20,792 nt of DNA from Candidatus Bruticola sp. GTDB lineage: Bacteria > Vulcanimicrobiota > Xenobia > Xenobiales > Xenobiaceae. The DNA lies in contig JBJEGD010000001.1 in the NCBI GenBank assembly GCA_051874735.1, forward strand, positions 1 through 20,792, given 5' to 3'. Position 1 is the stretch's first letter. Every line of letters begins with the position of its first letter. Positions 1 through 8,493 of the stretch are shown in pieces. The notes beneath the pieces were generated by a model that ran no database searches, was not told the DNA's origin, and saw only the letters and a program-made list of their open reading frames with translations. A program made the position numbers and the translations under genes.

Positions 1-1653
1 GCTCTAGTTCACCCTGAAGGGGTGTACGATGATCCTAAAGCTGGTGCACTTCGGGAAACACTTTACCGTCGTCTGCGCCGCCATTTCCAATTTGCTAATG
101 AGAAGAATTTGTTTCCCGAAGTGCACCACCATACACAGTTCAGCGTGAATGTGTATGGTGGTCCACTTCGGGTTAAGTTTGACAGTATTAATAGCTTGTA
201 CGATCCGGCTACGGTCGACGACTGTTACACGGCTGGGCCGGAGCTGCCCTTACCCACTATGAAAGATAAGGAAGGGAAGTGGAATACCTCGGGCCATCCC
301 GACCGGGTTATTAACGTGGGTCCAGAAGAGCTGAAAATTTTTGCTTCCATTTTTGAAGGGGATAAGCAGCTCTGGCCCCAGACTAAACTGCCCCGGATAT
401 ATGCCCACCACCTTATTGACATTTTGCAGCATTTTGCCCGCTATCCCCGCCACGTGGGCGATCTCGATCCGGCAGAATTTTTTACTACTAACTGTTGGGA
501 TGAAACTAAAGCTCAAAAATACGGTATCACTAAAGCGGAGATCAAATTTCCCGCCGAGGGCGATTCGGTAATCTATGCTGGGGCTCAAATTGGCATAGCC
601 AACCCTTATTTCCAAGCCGTTCGCCGTTATTATAAAAGTAACAGCGACTACGATCGCCTCGATTTAACGGAGCTGCCGCAAGACTACCGTATACGCACTA
701 AGTACCAACCCGCTTGCAGTTTAAATAAATATTATGAGCTGATGGCGCGCACCCCCTGGGGCTGCCGGATCGATCAGGAGTATCGTCTTATTAGCCGATG
801 TATGATAGGCTGTGATAGTGAGCGTTCGTGGACATGCGCGATCGCCGCTCGCGGCTTCGCGCATGTCCACGCTGTTTTTTCGCTCAGTCTCAAAAACAGC
901 GTGGACATGGTTTGTTTAGCCGGTTGTGAAGCTAGTATCGTTTATGATTTTCTAGTGCGTTCCTTGGGCAAAGGACACGTAAACTACAATACTAGCATGT
1001 TATTTCCCTTATTAAACGGGGCTAAAAATGGACCTATCATATTGCGGGCCTTGCTGCTCAACTGTTTAACTAAATATTACGCCGACTTGTGGAGCCAAGT
1101 TTACCAAGATTCCTTCGCCGCCGACTCTTGGGCCAAGGAAGATCCGCGCCTCAATCCGGATCGTTTTCGCCGTTTAAGCCCCACTTGGTCGGCTGAGGTG
1201 CCGCTGCGCAGCGACTACGAGCGGCGCCAAGCTTTAATAGAACTCGACGTTTTAACGGCTCAAGCCCTAGGTTTAACCTTAGAGCAGCTGCGGGATATTT
1301 ATTTGATCCAGTTTCCCGTGCTGCAAAGTTACGAAGCCGATACCTGGTACGACCGACGCGGTCGCATAGTTTTTACTAATAATCGCTCTCTTACTGGCGT
1401 AGGCTTGAGCCGCTCGGAATGGCAAGAGGCGGGCCAAGTTAAACCTGTCCAGCGGGGCGAGGGTGCTTGGGATGGAACCGTCAAAAACGCCCCGGCTGGC
1501 TATGTATTTAAACAAACAGTAACTGATGACACGCAGCCAGAGGGCCCCCGCCAACGGGATATTGAATATTATGCTCCCTTCGACCGCTGCGACCGTCTGC
1601 AAGATTACGCCACCGCCTGGCGTTTCTTTGCCCAAAGGAAGAACCGCTCTTAG
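1..1653 (+). CDS. C-terminal part of a large type IIG/Eco57I-like restriction-modification DNA methyltransferase (5'-truncated by window edge)
   Basis: Frame 1 is open from base 1 (ALVHPEGVYDDPK...), so the GTG at 22 is internal. Segments HPEGVYDDP, LRRHFQFANEKNLF, LRSDYERRQALIELDVL and IQFPVLQSYEADTWYD resemble those I recall from the C-terminal half of large RM adenine methyltransferases. Catalytic motifs are not in the window. Ends in TAG. Confidence 0.75.
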   Translation, partial: ALVHPEGVYDDPKAGALRETLYRRLRRHFQFANEKNLFPEVHHHTQFSVNVYGGPLRVKFDSINSLYDPATVDDCYTAGPELPLPTMKDKEGKWNTSGHPDRVINVGPEELKIFASIFEGDKQLWPQTKLPRIYAHHLIDILQHFARYPRHVGDLDPAEFFTTNCWDETKAQKYGITKAEIKFPAEGDSVIYAGAQIGIANPYFQAVRRYYKSNSDYDRLDLTELPQDYRIRTKYQPACSLNKYYELMARTPWGCRIDQEYRLISRCMIGCDSERSWTCAIAARGFAHVHAVFSLSLKNSVDMVCLAGCEASIVYDFLVRSLGKGHVNYNTSMLFPLLNGAKNGPIILRALLLNCLTKYYADLWSQVYQDSFAADSWAKEDPRLNPDRFRRLSPTWSAEVPLRSDYERRQALIELDVLTAQALGLTLEQLRDIYLIQFPVLQSYEADTWYDRRGRIVFTNNRSLTGVGLSRSEWQEAGQVKPVQRGEGAWDGTVKNAPAGYVFKQTVTDDTQPEGPRQRDIEYYAPFDRCDRLQDYATAWRFFAQRKNRS

Positions 1654-1723
1654 AGCGGTTTAGCCGCCCGCTTGAGCCCGGAGGCTAAAAGCCCTTAGGC
1701 CGGACAACTCGTAGGCGGCTAAA
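1642..1723. repeat. Palindrome over the stop codon plus adjoining long imperfect inverted repeat
   Basis: AACCGCTCT-T-AGAGCGGTT at 1642-1660. TTTAGCCGCC (1659-1668) pairs with GGCGGCTAAA (1714-1723), enclosing GAG/CTC, CCGG/CCGG and GGCT/AGCC inner pairings. Confidence 0.7.
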
Positions 1724-1830
1724 GGCTCAGCGGCAGACATTAGAGCTAGTTAGAAAAAGGATAGGCGGGCAAGGCCGTAATATAAAGGCGGCAAATATTT
1801 TATTTATTTACAGTTAGTACGGAGAAAAAC

Positions 1831-2358
1831 ATGAAAGCTACTACTATTGTCTGTGTGCGCCGTCACGGTAAAGTGACTATCGCCGGTGACGGTCAAGTTA
1901 CTTTGCAAAATACGATTATGAAAAATAAGGCTCGCAAAGTGCGCCGTATGTTTAATGATAAGGTTTTGGGCGGTTTTGCCGGTTCTGCAGCCGACGGTAT
2001 GACCCTTTTTGAAAAATTTGAAGCTAAATTGGAAGCTTACTCCGGCAATGTTTGTCGGGCCGCTGTAGAATTGGCTCGCGATTGGCGCACAGATAAAGTA
2101 CTGCGCAAATTGGAAGCGATGATGATTGTAGCTGATAAAGATAATATGCTGATTATTTCCGGCAATGGCGACGTTTTAGAACCCGATTACGATGTGACTT
2201 CTATAGGCTCAGGGTCAGCTTACGCCATTGCCGCGGCGCGGGCCCTTCTGGAAAATACCTCTTTAGAAGCAGAAGAGATCGCCCGCAAAGCTATTGAAAT
2301 TGCTTCCGATATTTGTATCTACACTAATAAAAATATTACGGTTGAAAGTTTGGAGTAA
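1831..2358 (+). CDS. hslV: ATP-dependent protease peptidase subunit HslV (ClpQ)
   Basis: TTIVCVRR...[35 protein letters not shown] and DICIYTN motifs; 175 aa; GGAG RBS upstream. Confidence 0.97.
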   Translation: MKATTIVCVRRHGKVTIAGDGQVTLQNTIMKNKARKVRRMFNDKVLGGFAGSAADGMTLFEKFEAKLEAYSGNVCRAAVELARDWRTDKVLRKLEAMMIVADKDNMLIISGNGDVLEPDYDVTSIGSGSAYAIAAARALLENTSLEAEEIARKAIEIASDICIYTNKNITVESLE

Positions 2359-2393
2359 GTTGTCATTATAGGTAAAAATATTGCCATTTAAAT

Positions 2394-2430
2394 AAATAGG
2401 GCCGACTTAGCTATAAGTCGGCCCTTATTC
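2394..2430. terminator. Likely bidirectional intrinsic terminator between convergent hslV and CoA-disulfide reductase genes
   Basis: Perfect stem AGGGCCGACTTA / TAAGTCGGCCCT (2398-2425) with a 4-nt loop and A/T-rich flanks. Confidence 0.85.
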
Positions 2431-2443
2431 ATTTAAAACCAAG

Positions 2444-4135
2444 TTATTTTATACCGCAGTCTGTCCGGCACTTTTCATTTAATCGTTCTTGGACTACGCT
2501 TTGATAGAAGCGGTAGCCTCCAGCAAAGCTAAAACAGTTAAAACCTTCCTGGGCTAAAATGCGGCAGGCTATATAGCTGCGCAGTCCTGATTGGCACATA
2601 ACGTAAATAGTTTTAGTTTTGTCTAATTCCTGAAGATGATCCCGCAGACTGTCTAAAGGGATATGGCGCTCAAAGCCACGGGCAAAGCCTCGAGCGTATT
2701 CTGAATTAGTACGAGTATCTAATAATATTACATCGTTGCGTGTGTACAGCTCTTCCAGGTCTTCCTGGAAAAATAGCTTAACTTTACCTGTTATAACATT
2801 TTCTGCTATAAAACCGGCCATATTAACCGGATCTTTAGCCGACGAATAGGGAGGAGCATAAGCCAAATCTAAATTTTTGAGCTGATGAGCCTTGATACCA
2901 GCCTGCATAGCTGTGGCGATAACATCGAGCCGTTTATCTACGCCGTCAAAACCTACAATTTGCGCTCCTAAAATGCCTGCCGTATTCGCTTCAAATAACA
3001 GCTTAATAGTCATTACTGAAGCGCCTGGATAGTAAGAAGCGTGAGAGGCTGGGGAGAGAATAATTTTTTTATACGTAAAACCAGCAGCTTGAGCAGCTCG
3101 CTCATTTAAGCCAGTAAAAGCCACAGTCATATCAAAAACTTTTATAACCGCAGAACCGGGTGAACCTGGGTAGATACTGTCTAGACCGGCTATATTGTCC
3201 GCAGCTATGCGTCCCTGCTTATTAGCCGGGCCGGCCAAAGCTACAATCATTTTCTGTTTGGTAACACTGTGAGTTACAGACACGGCGTCGCCTACAGCAT
3301 AAATATCTGGGTCGGAAGTCTGCATATGCTCATTTACGTTGATGCTATTCCTGGGACCTAAAGTTAGACCGGCCTCTTGGGCTAAATAAGATTCTGGAAT
3401 TGCACCTACAGCTAAAAGCACTAAATCGGCCGTCTGGGCTTTTTGGCCTTCTAAGAGTACCTGCAGCTGCTGGCCGCAACTTTGGAAACCTACAGCTTTG
3501 GTATTTAAAAGCAGTTTTATACCTTTAGAGCGCAAGTGGGCTTGCACAAAAGAGGCCATATCTTTATCTAGTGGGGCTAAAACGTGGTCGCCTAGTTCAA
3601 CTACAGTTACCTGTAGTCCGGCCCGCTGTAAATTTTCAGCCGTTTCCAGGCCGATAAAGCTGCCACCTATGATAACGGCCGATTTTATCCCTTGTTGCAG
3701 AACTTTTTCTCTAATCTGCAGAGTATCTTCTACAGTGCGCAAAGTATAAATATGAGGGAGGTCTATTCCGGGCAGATTGGGCTTAAGGGGGGCTGCCCCT
3801 GGAGCTAGTAGCAGTTTGTCGTAAGCTTCTTCAAGTACGTTGCCATCACTTAAATTTTTTACAGTCACCGTCTTTTTAGCTCGGTTTATGGCTGTAACTT
3901 CGTGTTTGACGTTTACTTTAATGCGGAAACGGTTCCACAAACTTTGGGGAGTCTGCACGGTCAGATCTTCTTCATCTTCAATTACTCCGCCTATGTAATA
4001 AGGTAGGCCGCAGTTGGCGTAAGAAACAAAACCAGATCGTTCAAATATGGTTATTTCAGCTTTTTCATCGAGTCTGCGCAGTCGGGCAGCTGCGGAAGCT
4101 CCTCCGGCTGTTCCGCCGACAATAACTACTTTCAT
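2444..4135 (-). CDS. CoA-disulfide reductase / NADH-dependent persulfide reductase family flavoprotein with C-terminal rhodanese domain
   Basis: FAD motif GGTAGG, redox Cys in SYANCGLPY, NADH motif IIGGSFIG, YAVGD, YAPPYS and rhodanese active site MCQSGLRS; strong AAGGAGGTGA RBS. Confidence 0.93.
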   Translation of the reverse strand: MKVVIVGGTAGGASAAARLRRLDEKAEITIFERSGFVSYANCGLPYYIGGVIEDEEDLTVQTPQSLWNRFRIKVNVKHEVTAINRAKKTVTVKNLSDGNVLEEAYDKLLLAPGAAPLKPNLPGIDLPHIYTLRTVEDTLQIREKVLQQGIKSAVIIGGSFIGLETAENLQRAGLQVTVVELGDHVLAPLDKDMASFVQAHLRSKGIKLLLNTKAVGFQSCGQQLQVLLEGQKAQTADLVLLAVGAIPESYLAQEAGLTLGPRNSINVNEHMQTSDPDIYAVGDAVSVTHSVTKQKMIVALAGPANKQGRIAADNIAGLDSIYPGSPGSAVIKVFDMTVAFTGLNERAAQAAGFTYKKIILSPASHASYYPGASVMTIKLLFEANTAGILGAQIVGFDGVDKRLDVIATAMQAGIKAHQLKNLDLAYAPPYSSAKDPVNMAGFIAENVITGKVKLFFQEDLEELYTRNDVILLDTRTNSEYARGFARGFERHIPLDSLRDHLQELDKTKTIYVMCQSGLRSYIACRILAQEGFNCFSFAGGYRFYQSVVQERLNEKCRTDCGIK

Positions 4136-4221
4136 AATTAGTCACCTCCTTATACATAAGGTATTCAGGTTGGGGCTAGAATCGGCCTGCTTCCATAGCT
4201 ATTTTTTGCTTTATTTTCTAA

Positions 4222-4270
4222 TAAAAAGGCTCCAGAATACCGCTACCGAGCGGCTTCAGGAGCCTGTTTT
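4222..4270 (-). terminator. Intrinsic terminator after preA
   Basis: AGGCTCC (4227-4233) / GGAGCCT (4259-4265) outer stem with inner CCGCT/AGCGG stem, followed by a U-run on the minus strand. Confidence 0.75.
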
Positions 4271-4324
4271 CATTAAATTAAACAGCTTTAGCTAAAGTCA
4301 AATAAGCCGTTTTTTTTCTTTAGG

Positions 4325-5572
4325 TTATACCTGTTTATCAGCGGGGGAGCCGGGGCGTCCGGGCTTCAAAACTACTTCACCCTTACTGATAGCCTTAACA
4401 GGACAAATTAAAGCGCACAGATGGCAGCCGACGCACTTCTCTTTATCGCAGGAAGGTTTGCGGGTTTCTTCATTCCAAACCATGGCTTGGTGGGCGCCAT
4501 CATAGCAGGAAATATAGCAGCGTCCGCAGCCGATGCATTTGTCGGTGTCAATTTCCGGATAAACAATGTAGTCGCGGTCGAGATTTTCGGCAGGAATAAT
4601 GTTGCCATTAGCCAGACCGATCAGCTCGCTGAGGCTGTTTACACCTTGTTCATCCATATAATGCATGAGACCGTTCTTCAGATCTTCTACAATGCGGTAT
4701 CCGTACTGCATGATAGCAGTAGTAACTTGCAGAGTAGAGGCACCTAAAAGAATGAATTCTGCTGCATCTTCCCAAGTTTCGATGCCGCCGATACCGGAAA
4801 TGGGCAGATTCTTTAAACCTTCGGCACTGCGCAGCTGCTGCAGGAAACGAAGAGCCACGGGCTTAACAGCTTTGCCGGAATAACCGGAAATAGAAGATTT
4901 GCCATTGACAATAGGCATACCGATTTTGCGCTCCAAGTCGACGCGGGTAATCGATTTAATAGTGTTGATAGTGGCAATACCATCAGCGCCGCCCTCTAAA
5001 CAAGCTTTGGCTACAGGTACCATGTCGGTAATGTTAGGGGTCATTTTAGCCATCATGGGCAATTTGGAACCGCGTTTGACGGCTGCGCAGTACTTTTTGC
5101 AAAGTTCAGGATTAGTACCGACGTCGGAGCCCATAGCGTGTGAAGTCATCTGCGGGCAAGAGAGGTTCATTTCGATCATGTCGGCGCCGGCTTCGGTCAC
5201 TAAACGAGCCAGTTCAGTCCAGTCCTCTTCGTTGGTGCCCATAATAGAAGCAATAAGCACTTTGCCAGGATACTCAGCTTTCAGACGGCGCAAGTCGGCT
5301 AAGTTCTCTTCCAGGCTGTGCTCAGCGATCTGCTCCATGTTTTTGAAGCCCACAAAAGGAGTGGCTTCTTTAGTAAGCGCGTCGAAGCGAGGGGAGACTT
5401 CGTCAATTAAGAAGTGCTTCGGGCCGATAGTTTTGAAAACAACACCGCCCCAGCCGCAGTCGTAGGCTTTCTTGCACATATCGTAGCAGTTGCCTACGGG
5501 AGAAGAAGACAAGCAGAAAGGATTTTCGAAACGAACTCCCAGGAATTCAACGGATAAATCTTTATTAATCAT
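4325..5572 (-). CDS. preA: NAD-dependent dihydropyrimidine dehydrogenase subunit PreA
   Basis: [39 protein letters not shown] and GYSGKAVKP (DHOD-like FMN barrel), plus two C-terminal CxxCxxC [4Fe-4S] motifs. Confidence 0.95.
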   Translation of the reverse strand: MINKDLSVEFLGVRFENPFCLSSSPVGNCYDMCKKAYDCGWGGVVFKTIGPKHFLIDEVSPRFDALTKEATPFVGFKNMEQIAEHSLEENLADLRRLKAEYPGKVLIASIMGTNEEDWTELARLVTEAGADMIEMNLSCPQMTSHAMGSDVGTNPELCKKYCAAVKRGSKLPMMAKMTPNITDMVPVAKACLEGGADGIATINTIKSITRVDLERKIGMPIVNGKSSISGYSGKAVKPVALRFLQQLRSAEGLKNLPISGIGGIETWEDAAEFILLGASTLQVTTAIMQYGYRIVEDLKNGLMHYMDEQGVNSLSELIGLANGNIIPAENLDRDYIVYPEIDTDKCIGCGRCYISCYDGAHQAMVWNEETRKPSCDKEKCVGCHLCALICPVKAISKGEVVLKPGRPGSPADKQV

Positions 5573-5576
5573 TTAC

Positions 5577-6803
5577 TTATTTGCCTCCCAAGCTTTCGTG
5601 AATGGCCTGGGCAGCTTCTTTGCCCTTCTTAACGGCCCATACGACAGTTTTGTCGCCGCGAGCTATATCGCCGGTAACAAACACTTTTTCTTCAGCAGAT
5701 TTGAAGCCTTCGAAATCGACTTCGTTCTTGACAATGTTGAGACCTAAGTTCTCGGCATTCACTTTTTGACCGACAGCCAAGATAATTTTGTCTGCTTCAA
5801 TGCAGAGTTGGCTGTTGATGTGGCGATGCTTGAAGGTTACGGTGTGACCTTCGGCTTTTTCCGGAACGTAACCGTCGATAATAGTAACACCCAAAGCTTG
5901 AGCTCCGCGCAGTTCTTTCTGGGAAGCTAAGAATTCGGAGAACTCTTCATAAACTACGTCGGTAACATTTTTGACGCCCAACATTTTGAGAGTGGTGACT
6001 ACGTCCATGGCTACGTCGCCGCCGCCGATGACCACTACATTTTGAGGCACTTCGATAGCCCCTCGGCTCTCTTTGGTGCGAGCCAGGAAGGAAACGGCCG
6101 TCTCGACACAGTCAAGTCCTTCGAACATAGGGAGCATTTTGGCTTCGCTGGCGCCTATGGCAATTAACACGGCGTCGTAATCGGCCTTAAGCTGATCGAC
6201 AGTAATATCGGCGCCTACTTTAGTATTTAATTTGAAGTTAGCGCCTAATTTTTCAATCAGGCCAATTTCATGATCGACCACTGCGTTAGGGAGACGGTAC
6301 TCAGGAATTCCGTAGCGGAGGTAACCACCGGCCTTTTCGTTCTTTTCATAAATATCTACGCTATAGCCTAAGCGCAGTAGAGAAGCTGCCGCTTGCAGGC
6401 CGGCTGGTCCGCTGCCGACTATAGCGATCTTCTTGCCGTTGGGTTCGCCTTTTTCCAAGATCTCCATACCTGCCTGGGCTTCGAAATCGGTGACGAATCT
6501 CTGGATACCTCCAATGTCGATGGGACGATCAATGCCGCATCTGGAGCAGCCTTTTTGGCAGTATCTTTCAGTAGGGCAGACGCGGGCGCAGATTGACCCC
6601 AGAGCATTGTTCTCACGAACCGTTTCAGCAGCACCTTTAAAGTTCCTAAAACGGACGCTGCGTATGAAGCGGGCGGGATCTGTTCCGGCTGGACAAGACT
6701 TAGAACAAGGGGCGTCATGGCAAAGCAGGCAGCGCTGAGCTTCCTCCATGACTGTCATCATAGTGTAAGCTTGCTCGACTTCTTCTACGTACTTATTAGT
6801 CAT
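5577..6803 (-). CDS. preT: Dihydropyrimidine dehydrogenase subunit PreT (GltD-like FeS flavoprotein)
   Basis: EAQRCLLCHDAPCSKSCP, CARVCPTERYC, GSGPAG, YGIPEYRL and GGGDVAMD motifs. Start moved from 6860 to ATG 6803, which follows an AAGGA RBS. Only 4 bp separate it from preA. Confidence 0.92.
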   Translation of the reverse strand: MTNKYVEEVEQAYTMMTVMEEAQRCLLCHDAPCSKSCPAGTDPARFIRSVRFRNFKGAAETVRENNALGSICARVCPTERYCQKGCSRCGIDRPIDIGGIQRFVTDFEAQAGMEILEKGEPNGKKIAIVGSGPAGLQAAASLLRLGYSVDIYEKNEKAGGYLRYGIPEYRLPNAVVDHEIGLIEKLGANFKLNTKVGADITVDQLKADYDAVLIAIGASEAKMLPMFEGLDCVETAVSFLARTKESRGAIEVPQNVVVIGGGDVAMDVVTTLKMLGVKNVTDVVYEEFSEFLASQKELRGAQALGVTIIDGYVPEKAEGHTVTFKHRHINSQLCIEADKIILAVGQKVNAENLGLNIVKNEVDFEGFKSAEEKVFVTGDIARGDKTVVWAVKKGKEAAQAIHESLGGK

Positions 6804-6858
6804 TTTCTTCCTTCTTTTAAGTATCAACAGACATTCTGCCAAACAACGGCAGGCCCCC

Positions 6859-6867
6859 ATTATACAT
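6859..6867 (-). promoter_or_regulatory. Candidate sigma70 -10 box for preTA
   Basis: Perfect TATAAT on the minus strand (6859-6864) about 55 nt upstream of the preT start; no consensus -35. Confidence 0.45.
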
Positions 6868-7152
6868 TATTTATTAACTAAATACCCAGAAAAGACAAAA
6901 AAATATCTAGAAAAATCTTTATTTTGACATTATGTTTAGTATAAATGGGCAGAAAAGAGCTTAAACGAGCTTGAGTGACAGTAAAAATAGTGAAAATTTA
7001 TAACTGAACAATTTTAAAAACTGCACGGATAAATTGGGATGTAGGAAGAATATTAAAGGAATATGCGGGCGCTTTTACTTCTTTAATGGCGTCGGCAAAA
7101 ATGGCGCAGTCCTGAGCTTATTTAGGCTGTGTGAACTGAGGAATAGGCAACC

Positions 7153-8322
7153 ATGAAAAGATCTACGTTTGGAATTAGTTTAGCTTTTGCGGCCGCTATT
7201 GGTTGCGCTGCCTGCTGTGTCGGAGATAAAAACGCTGTTTTTGCCGAAGCGGGCGGTCAAAAATGTCAACAGGCAGCTGCCGTTTCAGGTTTATCTAATG
7301 CTTATAAACCTATTATTGAACGTTACGGCAGTTTAATGGGACAAACTGCCGATAGTAACTTTGAAGAAGATGCTATCTCTGAAGTAGTTATAAATTTTCC
7401 TGAAGCTGTCAAAGCTTCGCAAATGGGCTATGCTCTGTGCGATCTTAACGGAGACGGCTCTCCTGAACTGCTTGTAGGCGAAACTTTGAATCAGGAGAAG
7501 GTGCTGCACGTTATCGTTGACGCCTATACGCTTAAGAGAAGTCAGGCTGTTCGTCTTTTCTCTAGTAAGGCTCGCAATCGCCATTACTACGCTTTCGATA
7601 AGCAAAATAATGAACCGCTTATCGTATCTGAATGGTCTAACGGTGCGGCTCACAGCGGTTATAACAGCTACACTTTGACACCCGATAAAACATTTGTTTG
7701 TATAGACAGCGTTTTCTGCTTAAACGATCAGTGGTACCAATCTTCTCAAGATGGCAGTTTACTGGAGACAGCCGGTTCAGAATCGGAGGCCATTAGCAGC
7801 GACTTTGCTAACGAGCTTATCAACTATTATGCTTCTATGTACAGCTCGCTAAATTTCCAACCTTTCCCTAAAGCAGCAGCTGCTGTGGGGCAGCCGTCTG
7901 TCAAGTCGACAGCCGCCGTTGCGCCTTCTTCTTCTTCTGCCTATAAGCTTCCAGACGCCAAACTCAGTGCCAATTATTTGAAGAATATAAAATCCGAAAT
8001 GACTTCTTTTACTAAATTTGATGCTGACAAAGGCGAGTATGCCGTCGAGGTAGTTATTTCTGTCGATCGTCCTGTCAAAAACTTTAAGCTGCTCAGGTTG
8101 GAACTTACTAATGTCAGCCCTGAAGGCCAACCTTCTTTCTCAACTAAAGAAATTTACCATCAGGCTGATTTAATTCCGCATCATCCTTTTATTGTAAAAA
8201 TGAACTTGCCGGAAACCGTGCCTAACTATGCTATTTCTTATACCGAAGCTAACGGCACATTTAAAAAATATGCTATAGGATTAAGCGGCCAGGATGGCTC
8301 CATTGTTTTGGAAAAATTGTAA
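7153..8322 (+). CDS. Exported two-domain hypothetical protein
   Basis: Signal-peptide-like N-terminus (MKR + hydrophobic stretch, AVFA|EA or a lipobox Cys), DLNGDGSPEL DxDxDG-type Ca-binding-like loop, Ala/Ser linker and a beta-rich C-terminal domain; GAGGA RBS. Confidence 0.7.
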   Translation: MKRSTFGISLAFAAAIGCAACCVGDKNAVFAEAGGQKCQQAAAVSGLSNAYKPIIERYGSLMGQTADSNFEEDAISEVVINFPEAVKASQMGYALCDLNGDGSPELLVGETLNQEKVLHVIVDAYTLKRSQAVRLFSSKARNRHYYAFDKQNNEPLIVSEWSNGAAHSGYNSYTLTPDKTFVCIDSVFCLNDQWYQSSQDGSLLETAGSESEAISSDFANELINYYASMYSSLNFQPFPKAAAAVGQPSVKSTAAVAPSSSSAYKLPDAKLSANYLKNIKSEMTSFTKFDADKGEYAVEVVISVDRPVKNFKLLRLELTNVSPEGQPSFSTKEIYHQADLIPHHPFIVKMNLPETVPNYAISYTEANGTFKKYAIGLSGQDGSIVLEKL

Positions 8323-8361
8323 ACTTAATTTGTTACGAAAAAAGGGAAAAATAGTGCCTTA

Positions 8362-8490
8362 ACCTCAGCTTCCGGGCGGAGTGTACTTTGCTGCCAGTTT
8401 GAAATTAAGCGCGGCTCAGCAAGGAAAGACAGAGACAGAGTGGAAAGATCCGCGCTCAGTTGATATTTATCTCTAGCCCGGAGGGCGGGT
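8362..8490. ncRNA. Candidate structured RNA (leader of the M50-scpAB operon or small ncRNA), family unassigned
   Basis: Nested stems CTTCCGGGCGGAG (8369-8381) / CTCTAGCCCGGAGG (8471-8484) and AGCGCGG (8408-8414) / CCGCGCT (8450-8456), in a GC-rich island with AT-rich flanks. Confidence 0.35.
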
Positions 8491-8493
8491 CGC

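Noticed and set aside
6920-6950. TTGACA...TATAAA as promoter for the 7153 gene
   Set aside because: Spacing is only about 10 bp, incompatible with a sigma70 promoter.
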